From Thermoplasmata archaeon (GTDB taxonomy: Archaea; Thermoplasmatota; Thermoplasmata; RBG-16-68-12; JAFNFQ01), in assembly GCA_041489255.1 (NCBI GenBank), contig JBGPQV010000022.1, positions 1-44,258 of the forward strand: 44,258 bases of DNA. Reading direction: 5' to 3'. The notes beneath the pieces were generated by a model. It had not been told where the DNA came from and searched no databases. It was given only the letters and a program-made list of their open reading frames with translations. The translations under genes and the position numbers were made by a program. The number at the start of each line of letters is the position of its first letter. Within the stretch, counting starts at the first letter, position 1. This document shows, one piece after another, positions 29,409 through 38,584 of this stretch.

Positions 29409-31178
29409 CTACCGGTACCGGACATAGGGGATGCCGAAGACGTTGGAAAGGTGCGCGACCTTGAGGTCGTCGTTCGTGCTATCGTAGTAGCTGACGAGGC
29501 CGAGGCCATCGACGCCAATCGTCACGGAAGTGTAATAGCCCACACTGCCCACGGTGTCGAGCGTGGAGAGGGTGGCGGTCGTGCATGCGATGTCCGAACA
29601 GTGCGCGACCTTGAGGTTCAAGCTCCCGGCGTTGTGGTAGCTGATGAGGCCTAGGCCGTCGACGCCGATCGTCACGGATGTGTACCGGCCCACGATGCCC
29701 ACGGTGTCGAGCGAGGAGAGGGTGGCGGTCGTGCATGCGATGTCCGAACAGTGCGCGACCTTGAGGTCGCTGTTCAGCTGGTCGAAATAGCTGATGAGGC
29801 CGAGGCCGTCGACGCCGATCGTCACGGACGTGTGAAGGCCCACAGTGCCCGCGGTGTCGAGCGTGGAGAGCGTGGCGGTCGTGCACGCGATGTCCGAGCA
29901 GTGAGCGACCTTGAGGTCGTAATTGGACTCATCGTCGTAGCTGATCAGGCCAAGGCCGTCGACGCCGATTGTCAATGACGTGTAGTAACCTACATCGCCC
30001 ACGGTGTCGAGCGTGGAGGTGGTGGCGGCCGTGCACGCGATGTCCGAGCAGTGGGCGACTTTCAGGTCACCGTTCGCGATGTCCCGGTAACTGATGATGC
30101 CGAGGCCGTCGACGCCGATCGCGACGGACGGGTATGAGCCCACATCGCCCGTGGTATCGATCGCGGTTATGGTGGCGGTCGTGCAGGCGACGTCCGAGCA
30201 GTGAGCGACCTTGAGGTCGCGGTTAATGTTGTCGTAGTAGCTGATCAAGCCGAGGCCGTCGACGCCGATTATCACGGATGTGAACATGCCTACATCGCCC
30301 GCGCTGTCGACCGTGGAGGTTGTGGCGGCAGTGCACGCGACGTTCGAGCAGTGGGCGACCTTGAGGTCGTGGTTAGTGTTGTCGTAGTAGCTGATGAGGC
30401 CGAGGCCATCGACGCCGATTGTCGCGGACGTGTACTCGCCCACATAGCCCGCGGTGTCGAGGCTTGTGAGGGAGAACACATCGCGTCCGATCCCATTCCC
30501 CGCCGGTCCCTGAGGTCCTTGTGGCCCCTGAGGTCCTTGTGGCCCCTGAGGTCCCTGGGGTCCCGGATCTCCTTGCGGCCCTTGAGGTCCCTGCGGACCT
30601 GGATCACCTTGCGGGCCCTGCGGACCCTGAGGTCCTGGGTCTCCCTGTGGACCCTGCGGGCCCTGAGGACCAATCTCGCCCTGGATTCCCTGCGGGCCCT
30701 GAGGTCCTGGGTCTCCCTGTGGTCCCTGCGGGCCCTGAGGACCAATCTCGCCCTGGATTCCCTGCGGGCCCTGAGGTCCTGGGTCTCCCTGTGGTCCCTG
30801 CGGACCTGGATCACCTTGCGGACCCTGCGGACCTGGGTCTCCCTGCAGGCCTTGCGGCCCGGTCGGTCCCGTTGACCCCTGCAGGCCCTGTGGTCCCTGA
30901 GGTCCGGTGTCTCCCTGCAGGCCCTGAGGGCCAGCGACCCCCTGATCGCCTTGAAGCCCCTGAAGACCTGTATCGCCTTGGAGTCCCTGCGGTCCTGTGT
31001 CGCCCTGGACGCCTTGGGAACCTTGCGGCCCCGTCGTTCCCTGTACCCCCGCGGGTCCCGGCAACGCGACCGATAAGATGAGCGCGACAGCCGCGAGCAG
31101 GACCGCGATGATACTCAGCGCCTTGCCTATGCCTCCTGATCTAGGAGAGCTTGAACCCTCCGACTTCTGATCTGACAT
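29409..31178 (-). CDS. Collagen-like + 7-repeat propeller protein (paralog 3)
   Basis: TM helix, uninterrupted Gly-X-Y tract, seven 50-aa repeats, ending GIPYVRYR like the other paralogs. Confidence 0.92.
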   Translation of the reverse strand: MSDQKSEGSSSPRSGGIGKALSIIAVLLAAVALILSVALPGPAGVQGTTGPQGSQGVQGDTGPQGLQGDTGLQGLQGDQGVAGPQGLQGDTGPQGPQGLQGSTGPTGPQGLQGDPGPQGPQGDPGPQGPQGDPGPQGPQGIQGEIGPQGPQGPQGDPGPQGPQGIQGEIGPQGPQGPQGDPGPQGPQGPQGDPGPQGPQGPQGDPGPQGPQGPQGPQGPQGPQGPAGNGIGRDVFSLTSLDTAGYVGEYTSATIGVDGLGLISYYDNTNHDLKVAHCSNVACTAATTSTVDSAGDVGMFTSVIIGVDGLGLISYYDNINRDLKVAHCSDVACTTATITAIDTTGDVGSYPSVAIGVDGLGIISYRDIANGDLKVAHCSDIACTAATTSTLDTVGDVGYYTSLTIGVDGLGLISYDDESNYDLKVAHCSDIACTTATLSTLDTAGTVGLHTSVTIGVDGLGLISYFDQLNSDLKVAHCSDIACTTATLSSLDTVGIVGRYTSVTIGVDGLGLISYHNAGSLNLKVAHCSDIACTTATLSTLDTVGSVGYYTSVTIGVDGLGLVSYYDSTNDDLKVAHLSNVFGIPYVRYR

Positions 31179-31237
31179 GCAACGGAATACGGCTTGTCAC
31201 ATAATAGTTGTCCATACCGGGGTCGCCGTGTGGTTGC

Positions 31238-31831
31238 TCAGCGAGGATAGTAGACGGCGACGAGGGACGCGCTGTCGAACCGGTCGCCTGAATCGGCGCC
31301 GAGGGCCATGACCCCGTTCACGTAGAACGTCACCGTGGCGGCCGCGTCGACTGAGAAGGGATGCAGGAGGGGGACGGTCGTGTAGTGGTATGGATCCGTC
31401 GGGAGCGAGAACGGGACTGACACGACCCCGGTGTAGTTGTTAAACGTGCACTCCGTGGAGGAGGTCGCGAGGACGATGCGCGCCTCGTCGCTCACCCCGG
31501 ATTCGTGGTTGATGCCGACGCCGACCGTCGCGCTGACCACGACCGTTCCGGCGCCGGGGACGGAGATGGAGACCTCCGCCCCGGGGTAGTGCGTGCAGGT
31601 CGAAGTGATCGTCACCGGTCCGCCGACGGAGTGCTGCGCCATTACGTTCCTCGGCGCCCAAAGTCCTGGGGCGATGAACGCGACGACGCGGGCGAGCACG
31701 GAAAGGACGACCGCGACCGCGCTCAGGCGCGTGGCGGTCTGGTATTCCCGAGATGGCGTCTTCTTGCGACCCTTCGTCGCTTCCTTGGTCGAATCCCGAC
31801 CAGATTCGTCTTCGTCACGTCTGGAGGGCAT
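31238..31831 (-). CDS. Single-TM partner protein, paralog of 2242..2835
   Basis: Start MPSRR by homology; near-identical core (STCTHYPGAEVSISVP, FNNYTGVVSVPFSLPTD). Confidence 0.88.
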   Translation of the reverse strand: MPSRRDEDESGRDSTKEATKGRKKTPSREYQTATRLSAVAVVLSVLARVVAFIAPGLWAPRNVMAQHSVGGPVTITSTCTHYPGAEVSISVPGAGTVVVSATVGVGINHESGVSDEARIVLATSSTECTFNNYTGVVSVPFSLPTDPYHYTTVPLLHPFSVDAAATVTFYVNGVMALGADSGDRFDSASLVAVYYPR

Positions 31832-32050
31832 GAGGGAGCGATTGCGGCCTCGGCGCAAGTACTTTCCGACTGAGTCAGCGCGCATGCTGCGACCTCCAAG
31901 ATGGTCGAAGTTGACCCTATTGTCCCGCAGCACCCTTCGATGTTTGGCTGGAGGGTCTTGCGGGGTACGTGTCCCCATTCGAATGACCACGGGATGCTGG
32001 CTCACAATGCACTTCCGTGAGGTGCGGCGCCACGCGTCCGTGCCGACACT

Positions 32051-32248
32051 TTAGCGGTGATTCGTCCTCTTCTTCGCCTTTCTGATATTGAGTACATCCG
32101 TCCAATTCACGATTCCACCTATCTCCCCGCCAATCCTCACCATCACGGCCTGGTGGTGCAGCAGCAGCATCTTCCGGATCCCGGCGCTCTCGCTGTCGTC
32201 AATGATTGGGAAGGGAGCGCGGATGAACTCCCTCACGGGCCCGTTCGC
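32051..32248 (-). repeat. CBS-gene 3'-fragment repeat, copy R5 (most diverged long copy)
   Basis: Translates ANGPVREFIRAPFPIIDDSESAGIRKMLLLHHQAVMVRIGGEIGGIVNWTDVLNIRKAK. Confidence 0.92.
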
Positions 32249-33078
32249 TTCTTGACCCACTCTTGAAACAGTTTCACGGATTTCGGCGGCAAGTCGGTGC
32301 GTACGTTTACTGGCAATCCTAGATGATCATAGATCTTCTTCGTGAGATTCTCTTGGCCGAGAGGATAGATTTGTGTCTTGAAGGTCCATGTAAAGCCGTT
32401 GGCTTTGTAGACTTGATCCAAGTAGGGCTTATTCCATCTCACCGCGAATACAGGCGTGATTCCGAGATGCTCACACATTCGCAGTTTGATTGAGACCTCG
32501 TCTTTCGGCACCACGGCCAGCGTGTTCTTGACTTCAACGCCGATTACAAGTCGGTCAGAGTGGTGTTTGGCGATGAAGTCCAAATTGTGTCCGGTTTCCG
32601 TCCAAACAACGCCTTGATAGGAGTTTGTGTTCTCCCCCACAATATCGAACTGCTGAGCGCGGAGTTCAGCCTTCACCAGCGCTTCGAGGTGGCCGCCTAG
32701 CGCTTTCGTAATAATGGGGTCTGACATTTTATCGATCAGGGAACAAGCCCGCTTTGCGCGCGTTTTGATGATTCGGGTCTCCTTGTCGGTAACGAGCGTG
32801 GCGTTGTGGTAGAAGATGACCTTTGGCTGGCGCTTCGTTTTCGTGGTGAAGCTCTTTAGGCGCCCGTCTTCAACGAGTATTCCGAGTGCGTCCGAAACAA
32901 CCCAAGAGAAGAATTCGCCCTCGAGAAGTACTTCCAATTGACCCTTGTAATAGGTTTTCTTGTTGGGTCGGCCTTTGCTATCCCGGAAAAACCTCCCAAT
33001 GCGTTCTTGCGCTTTCTGGACGGCCGGGTCTGCGCGTGGGGCGAAAGGGTGTCCGTCGGGTCCGGGTTGTCCGTCCAT
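32233..33078 (-). CDS. wHTH-like + PD-(D/E)XK nuclease-fold protein
   Basis: GGHLEALV...LDFIA...IGVEVKN catalytic pattern; flanked by repeats R5 and R6. Confidence 0.8.
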   Translation of the reverse strand: MDGQPGPDGHPFAPRADPAVQKAQERIGRFFRDSKGRPNKKTYYKGQLEVLLEGEFFSWVVSDALGILVEDGRLKSFTTKTKRQPKVIFYHNATLVTDKETRIIKTRAKRACSLIDKMSDPIITKALGGHLEALVKAELRAQQFDIVGENTNSYQGVVWTETGHNLDFIAKHHSDRLVIGVEVKNTLAVVPKDEVSIKLRMCEHLGITPVFAVRWNKPYLDQVYKANGFTWTFKTQIYPLGQENLTKKIYDHLGLPVNVRTDLPPKSVKLFQEWVKKRTGP

Positions 33079-33214
33079 AAACTCGGGTCCCTTGAATTGT
33101 TGGAAAGAGGGTTGTGTTGAGTATATAAAGGGTATTTAAGGAATCATACGGACGTTCCTTCCCCTATTGAATACAACATGTGTCGGTGAGCTGTTCAATT
33201 ATATGGAGAGGTGC

Positions 33215-33487
33215 GGCACTGACTGCCGATCGACTTCTGTGTCGCTACGGTCCTCGGTCAGGACGTCTCGCCCTTCCGCCCTTCGTCTTCCTGAGGTCGA
33301 GTACATCCGCCCAGGTCACGATGCCCCCGGCCTTCCCGCCGATCCTCACGAACACGGCTTGGCGGTGGAGGAGCAGCATCTTCAGGAATCTTGCGCTCTC
33401 GCTCTCGTCCACGACCGGGAAAGGCGGGCGCATGAAGTCCCTTACGGGCTCGTTCGTCATCTCGGCGTAGTCCTCTCTTCCCGCCAC
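33215..33487 (-). repeat. CBS-gene 3'-fragment repeat, copy R6 (longest, includes stop and 3' UTR)
   Basis: Translates AGREDYAEMTNEPVRDFMRPPFPVVDESESARFLKMLLLHRQAVFVRIGGKAGGIVTWADVLDLRKTK...*. Confidence 0.95.
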
Positions 33488-33609
33488 CTTTTCAGTCAGG
33501 TCCTAAGTGCAAATCGATTGACGTCGAAATCTTCTTGGCGATTGGCGCCCTCAAGTCCCTGGGATGGCGGGAGTGCGATGAACCTATCACGGGACTGTAG
33601 GTTTCCTCG

Positions 33610-34080
33610 TCAATGCTTTCTCCTGACGGGTTCAAGGGTGATCGTGGATTCCGAGTCGTCGAATGTCACCCTGTATAGTCTGAAGACCGGATCCCTCCCG
33701 ATCAAGATTGGCGTGTCCCCTTCCTTGGGTATGCTTGCCACGACATCTCTGAATATGAAGTAGCGCCCGCCGCGCCCGATGGTCAAATCCACTTGAGCTG
33801 AAAAGCGAGGCACCTCGTGGCTCACGACTCTCATCGGTTTCTTCTCGTCCCGCAGCTCCAATTCCAGGACCTTGGCCACGCCCATCGGCAACACGAGACC
33901 ATCAGATCCCGAGTCAAGAATCCCTTCTGTCGGGGAGGTTTTCCTGCCCCTCCGCTCAAAGGTGCAGGGCAACACCGGGTAGCTATACATTTCCATAGAG
34001 CCCGTGGCGGGATTCGTGACCTCTTGTATCTTGTACTTGAACACGAATCTGAGCGGTTCGCCGCCTTCCAACGGACTCAA
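33610..34080 (-). CDS. Retropepsin-like aspartyl protease
   Basis: ILDSGSD and ILIGRD motifs. Confidence 0.88.
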   Translation of the reverse strand: MSPLEGGEPLRFVFKYKIQEVTNPATGSMEMYSYPVLPCTFERRGRKTSPTEGILDSGSDGLVLPMGVAKVLELELRDEKKPMRVVSHEVPRFSAQVDLTIGRGGRYFIFRDVVASIPKEGDTPILIGRDPVFRLYRVTFDDSESTITLEPVRRKH

Positions 34081-34319
34081 TAGAAAGAGGCTCCCCCGGA
34101 AAGAATTCTCGTGACTAGGACTTGCTCAGGCGGGTATTTCGCGGCCTCTCGGAAGACCTTCTCAGCGCTGTCGCTTGAGACGATGACGCGGTCGTTCAGG
34201 ACAAGGACCCATTTCCCCTCGACCCCCCGGACTCTTCCGGTCTCGATGGGCTTCATTCGGGTGCCCGCCGACCCGCTGCTCGCGTGGCGTTTCTTGTGTT
34301 CGGTCACTGATATCTTCAA
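34077..34319 (-). CDS. DUF5678-like small protein
   Basis: GKWVLVLNDRVIVSSDSAEKVFREA..YP pattern; coupled to the aspartyl protease gene, a commonly seen pairing. Confidence 0.75.
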   Translation of the reverse strand: MKISVTEHKKRHASSGSAGTRMKPIETGRVRGVEGKWVLVLNDRVIVSSDSAEKVFREAAKYPPEQVLVTRILSGGASFY

Positions 34320-34397
34320 TGCGTCAGGGCCCTTATCAACATTGGCATCGGGCGTAACACCTCAGGACCGGAGTAGACGTCATCCTCAATCAAGATG

Positions 34398-34523
34398 ACG
34401 CGCATTTCCTGCATTCGCCTTCCTCGCGTCCAGGTCATCCGCCCAGGTCACGATGCCTCCGACTTTCCCGCCAATCCTCACGAGCACGGCCTGGCGGTGG
34501 AGGAGCAGCATCTTCAGGATCCC
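34398..34523 (-). repeat. CBS-gene 3'-fragment repeat, copy R7
   Basis: Translates GILKMLLLHRQAVLVRIGGKVGGIVTWADDLDARKAN. Confidence 0.95.
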
Positions 34524-34629
34524 CGACCACTTGCTTGTGTTCAGTGTGGCGACATCCCAAAGTATCGGCACGACTTTCTCGGAACAGCCAATGTGATTAG
34601 GATGCAGTGACATCGAATTCCTGCTCAGC

Positions 34630-35328
34630 TCATATTCGTCCCGATTCATCCGGTGGAACTGTAATACCTATGATCTCTGATTCCGTCAGGTACTCCTCTC
34701 TCGAAATCTCCCCTGCATCGTAGGCTGCCCTGAGCTTCTTGGCTGAAGCCTCGACATCATCCATGCCTCGTATCCTGCTTCGAATCCACCTGACATCGTC
34801 TAATGTGAGCTTCGGTCCCTCCAAATCGTCAGAATCGTATCTCCTCCGGTCGTCGTAATAATCAACGACCGCCGGCCCAACAAGGGACAAGCTCGCCGCA
34901 AGAAGGCCGATCACGATGCCGTATCCAAAACCGAGAGAAATCGAGGAAGTCTGCCCTGCCAGACCCACTATCCCAACCGACGCGACCGCGTCTCCTGCAA
35001 ACATGAAGACGGACATCTTCCAATCCAACATAGTAAAGAAGCAGGCAATCGCGAATATCCCGATTCCGATCAGCATCACTGCGAGCCATGATGTACCGCC
35101 CGAGCTGACTGTTTGATTCGTTCCCGGAATGCTCGTGCTGAAGAGCCCCAGGAAGTCGATGGCGCTAATTGTGATGCCAATGTTTCCACCTCCTAAGGTT
35201 GGGATGCTCACCACGGCCCATGGCAGTTGCATGCTGAAGAGGCCAAAGATCCCTCCCAACAATCCCACTGCCCACTTCCCATTGAATTCTACCGGTATGA
35301 GCATCGAATCCCTGCTGGAGCGCGTCAT
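34630..35328 (-). CDS. Four-TM membrane protein with SHOCT-like C-terminus
   Basis: Hydrophobic helices including an LPW motif; C-terminal LRAAYDAGEISREEY. Confidence 0.78.
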   Translation of the reverse strand: MTRSSRDSMLIPVEFNGKWAVGLLGGIFGLFSMQLPWAVVSIPTLGGGNIGITISAIDFLGLFSTSIPGTNQTVSSGGTSWLAVMLIGIGIFAIACFFTMLDWKMSVFMFAGDAVASVGIVGLAGQTSSISLGFGYGIVIGLLAASLSLVGPAVVDYYDDRRRYDSDDLEGPKLTLDDVRWIRSRIRGMDDVEASAKKLRAAYDAGEISREEYLTESEIIGITVPPDESGRI

Positions 35329-35652
35329 GGCAATTCACCCTCGGCAATGGAGATTCCCGCCCAAGCCTGTCGGAGCGGATTCACGGAAGAGGAGGTCCGA
35401 GCGAGAATGACCGGTGTCCTCATCGCGTTTCCCATTCTTCAAAGCATCGTCTCCCCTCCACGGGAAGCATGTCCTCTCTTTCGGCGGGGTCGTTCCCCGT
35501 GATGAGACAGCCGCAAGCCCCAGACTCTCCTTGACGAACTCATAGTCGCGTGGAGAATCTGGAAGCCGTTCGAGAAGTCCCAGCCTTCGAGGGAGCAGGA
35601 GGGTGTCTAGCGCGTCCGAGGGATGAAAGGGGCAATCTTTTCAGTCGCGCGC

Positions 35653-36228
35653 TTACCTCGCGGGTCCGGCGCAAAGGACTCCCGACAGCGTGAATGCAAT
35701 AATGATCGGCGCCAGATTCACCATCAAACCATTCAAGAAGCTGAGATGAGAGGCGAGTTCCCCCAGCCGTCCTTTGAGTGCCTTGGAATCGACACAGGTG
35801 ATGAACAAGAGGAGGTTGCCCAGCGTGAAAGACACACTCCACGCCGTGCCGAAAGGCAGGGTCAGCATTCCACAGTTGGAGACTCTCCACAAGCCATAGA
35901 TGGAGAAGACAATCAGACCCAGGTTGAACAGATTGAACGCGAGCAGGGCGACAGGCGGGATTCCAAAGACTCCGAAAGGGCGTCCCTCCGCGCTCTCCCT
36001 TCTCAGGATCCAGGTCATGGAGATTGCAAGTGCGATCCAGACAAGGATTCCAATCAAAGCAGACAGGAGAAGGGCCGTGAACAGTGGCTCGCTCAGGAAA
36101 TTGCTGACCTCAAGGAACCCGAGAAGGAAATAGGCTGCCGCCGCGAGGTACATGGCGATGGGCACAAGGGACAGCGCCCTCATCCTCGGTGAGAGCGACC
36201 GCCAGACAGTCCGTCCACCGGTATCCAT
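35653..36228 (-). CDS. Multi-TM hypothetical membrane protein
   Basis: About five hydrophobic segments; start placed at MDTGG after a TATA-like TTATA. Confidence 0.65.
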   Translation of the reverse strand: MDTGGRTVWRSLSPRMRALSLVPIAMYLAAAAYFLLGFLEVSNFLSEPLFTALLLSALIGILVWIALAISMTWILRRESAEGRPFGVFGIPPVALLAFNLFNLGLIVFSIYGLWRVSNCGMLTLPFGTAWSVSFTLGNLLLFITCVDSKALKGRLGELASHLSFLNGLMVNLAPIIIAFTLSGVLCAGPAR

Positions 36229-36461
36229 CGAGCAGACATGCGAGACCGTTGCTATAATGCCTTCTCGGCTTCGCGGCGTTCCATGCGAACTCGCCGATTG
36301 GACGACGAGGACAAGGAGAAAGAAATACCAAGGCAAACGAGGAGAGAGGAATCCCGGGTTGCCGCTTCAGCAACGCCGGAATCGTTTCCCAAGATGAAAC
36401 CAAGCGCGTTGCGTCACAAACCGCTGAGCGGCATCGGTCATCCGCTGTACCGCATCGGTCC

Positions 36462-37055
36462 CTAGAAGAGTCTCGTGCCCCCCACGCCATAGCGCTTTGC
36501 GAATTCGCCGCTCAAGTCCGCCCTGAGCCTCGACAAAACCAACTTGTTCAGCGGTGTCTCCGGACCGAAACCGATTTCGACGATTGGAGGGTTGAAAGAC
36601 TCGCTGAACCAGACTCTTAGCTTGAAATCCACATCATAGATGTCGAAGTAGGTTATGTTCACCTTGAAGGCCGTCTTGCTGTCCTCTCGGGGATTCAGAT
36701 AGCCATGCTGAGCGAGGAACGCCCTCGCCATCCCCAAGACGTCATCCCGTCTCAGTCTCGCGTCCTCCAACGCGGAGAAGTACCAGTCTTTCTTGCCCCT
36801 GTCAATCTGAACCAGCTTGACCATAGCGATGACACCGGCCAGGACGGTCGATATCGTCGCGGTGCCTATCGCGACCGCGGCCTTGTTCACAGAAGGTATG
36901 AACTCCAGGGGGAAGAACGACAGCGGGATGTAGATGACCGCCCAGAGGAAGACCAGCGCCAGGGCTACGAAGGCGGACTTCATCGCACCCAACTTCTTGG
37001 TTTCGTAGCGCTCCCATTCATTCCTCAATATCTGATCCATCTTCTTCTGCACCAT
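36462..37055 (-). CDS. Two-TM hypothetical protein
   Basis: Start MVQKK after GGAGG; two TM helices and a soluble C-terminal domain. Confidence 0.75.
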   Translation of the reverse strand: MVQKKMDQILRNEWERYETKKLGAMKSAFVALALVFLWAVIYIPLSFFPLEFIPSVNKAAVAIGTATISTVLAGVIAMVKLVQIDRGKKDWYFSALEDARLRRDDVLGMARAFLAQHGYLNPREDSKTAFKVNITYFDIYDVDFKLRVWFSESFNPPIVEIGFGPETPLNKLVLSRLRADLSGEFAKRYGVGGTRLF

Positions 37056-37306
37056 CGTGCCTCCCCTGCGCCATTCGCGCTCAGCGCCGCCACTCACACC
37101 GTTGAGCATGGATATCCCCGCCCATATAGAAACAAGCCGCCATGATGATGGGCGAGCCATTGAAGGATCGCAAGTTGCTCGTGGAGAGGTCGCCGAAGGC
37201 GTACATGGAGCAAATCGGGTGTCCTCTTGTTTTGCCGTTCGTCAAAATGGCGACAAGCGCATTGACCGGAGGTGCAAGTGACGGCAGAGCACTTATCCCG
37301 ACACTC

Positions 37307-38584
37307 TCAGCAACCCTCAAGGGTCTCAGCCCATCTTCCTAGGTGATCAGATTCAAGGTCATAATCTCTTACCGGAATGGGGGCAGCATCGGCCTCCATC
37401 CGCCGAAGAAAGCTCGCGATGTCGCTCGCGGACTGACCTCGCAGACCGACAGCTTCTTCGTAGCGAGTCTCCATGAAGTGAGCCCCTGCGCGCTCGTCAT
37501 CAATCATCCCGAAGTAGGTCTCAATTTGCCTTAAGGTGGGCTTGCCTCTGCTCGACATGCCAGATTTTCCCCAAAGCTCGGCGCACACGGGACACCGGCA
37601 CGGTTGAACTGGCTGGTCGGAAAAGAGAGCCCGGGCATTGGTGATCACCGTCTTCATCTTGAGTCCTTTAAGATAGAATCTAGTCGCGAACCCGCCTCCG
37701 GTTGCTTTGACATCTATGCTTTTTGAGTCTCCGTAGCCGATACCGTGACTGAGTCTCGATAGACCAAGAGAGGCGAGTGACAGAGAGAAATACCCGCCAT
37801 ATAGCATATGGACCGTCCCGACTCTTTGCGACAGTTCTCGAACCGCCAGGGCGACCGCCGTCAAGTCAGCAACGCTGCTCCTTCGTTCATTGAAACCGGA
37901 TATCCATAGAATGAGTCCATCGACTCCCTTGAGATCTCTGGCAAGCCGGGTCCAATCCGCTGAGTGCAGGAAAGACATGTCGGTCGAGACCACGGCATGC
38001 ACCTTGGACTTCCCTCGGAGGCCGACCATTTCCTGGACCGAGGCCACGTTGACTGGGTACAACGGGTCGCTTTCGTCCTTGAAGTGGAAGTAGGGTGCGA
38101 CAAGGGCATCCGGCTTGATTTCTCCCTTTGTCTCTTCGCCGAGCATCTGTCGGTATTTATCCAACGATGCCTGCGAGGGAGACTTCGAACGGCACAGATC
38201 GGTCTGAAGCTCCAAGCTCTTTCGAACAATGCTGTTCAGGAGAGAAGTGGACTTACCTTTACTATCTACAAGGGCGTTTGGTTTTAGCGGTCCCGACGAG
38301 AATGCTTTGGACACGTTCTTGCCGAGGTACTCAATCAATTTCTCCCAGGACTTTTTCACTCCCGTCCCCTTACTGATGAGTCCTTGGTCGAGGGTCAGAG
38401 CGTATGTCATCGGGTCGACAATGAAAGGCTTTCCAAGCTTCGGAAGGAATTCATTGATCCACGTTCGCCACCAGACCAGGATGTGCGCCGGGATGACAAG
38501 GCCGTGGTATCGCGTCTTGTACCTCTCCAAGAGTCCTTGCTCCTTTACGGAGCCTAGGCGATACCACAACTCAGGAACGGCCAC
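37307..38584 (-). CDS. TIM-barrel-like protein with TGT-type Zn site (CxCxxC...H), function unknown
   Basis: CRCPVC...AHF near the C-terminus, FIVDPMTY, APYF and HGIGYGDSK; lacks the canonical TGT DSGG motif. Confidence 0.6.
   Translation of the reverse strand: MAVPELWYRLGSVKEQGLLERYKTRYHGLVIPAHILVWWRTWINEFLPKLGKPFIVDPMTYALTLDQGLISKGTGVKKSWEKLIEYLGKNVSKAFSSGPLKPNALVDSKGKSTSLLNSIVRKSLELQTDLCRSKSPSQASLDKYRQMLGEETKGEIKPDALVAPYFHFKDESDPLYPVNVASVQEMVGLRGKSKVHAVVSTDMSFLHSADWTRLARDLKGVDGLILWISGFNERRSSVADLTAVALAVRELSQRVGTVHMLYGGYFSLSLASLGLSRLSHGIGYGDSKSIDVKATGGGFATRFYLKGLKMKTVITNARALFSDQPVQPCRCPVCAELWGKSGMSSRGKPTLRQIETYFGMIDDERAGAHFMETRYEEAVGLRGQSASDIASFLRRMEADAAPIPVRDYDLESDHLGRWAETLEGC

Noticed and set aside
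445-31178. 150-bp and 9/27-bp periodic repeats as a CRISPR array or non-coding tandem repeats
   Set aside because: They are in-frame coding repeats (propeller blades and Gly-X-Y triplets) with no unique spacers and no cas genes.
34439-34497. Imperfect hairpin in the repeat core (CCGCCCAGG...CCTGGCGG) as an attC-like site
   Set aside because: Pairing needs about five bulges in GC-rich DNA, there are no RYYYAAC/GTTRRRY boxes, it is not preserved in R1, R4 or R5, and no integron integrase is in the window.
12118-34649. CBS-repeat ORFs (69-98 aa) as a family of real small single-CBS proteins
   Set aside because: Their starts are non-homologous and borrowed from flanking DNA, their 5' ends differ, R3 has two internal stops and R4 is frameshifted. 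They are better read as fragments, although translation of R1 (ATG coupled to the upstream stop) cannot be excluded.
37307-38584. Calling this gene tgt or dpdA
   Set aside because: It has the Zn motif but not the DSGG catalytic motif or other recognisable TGT signatures, so no gene symbol is assigned.
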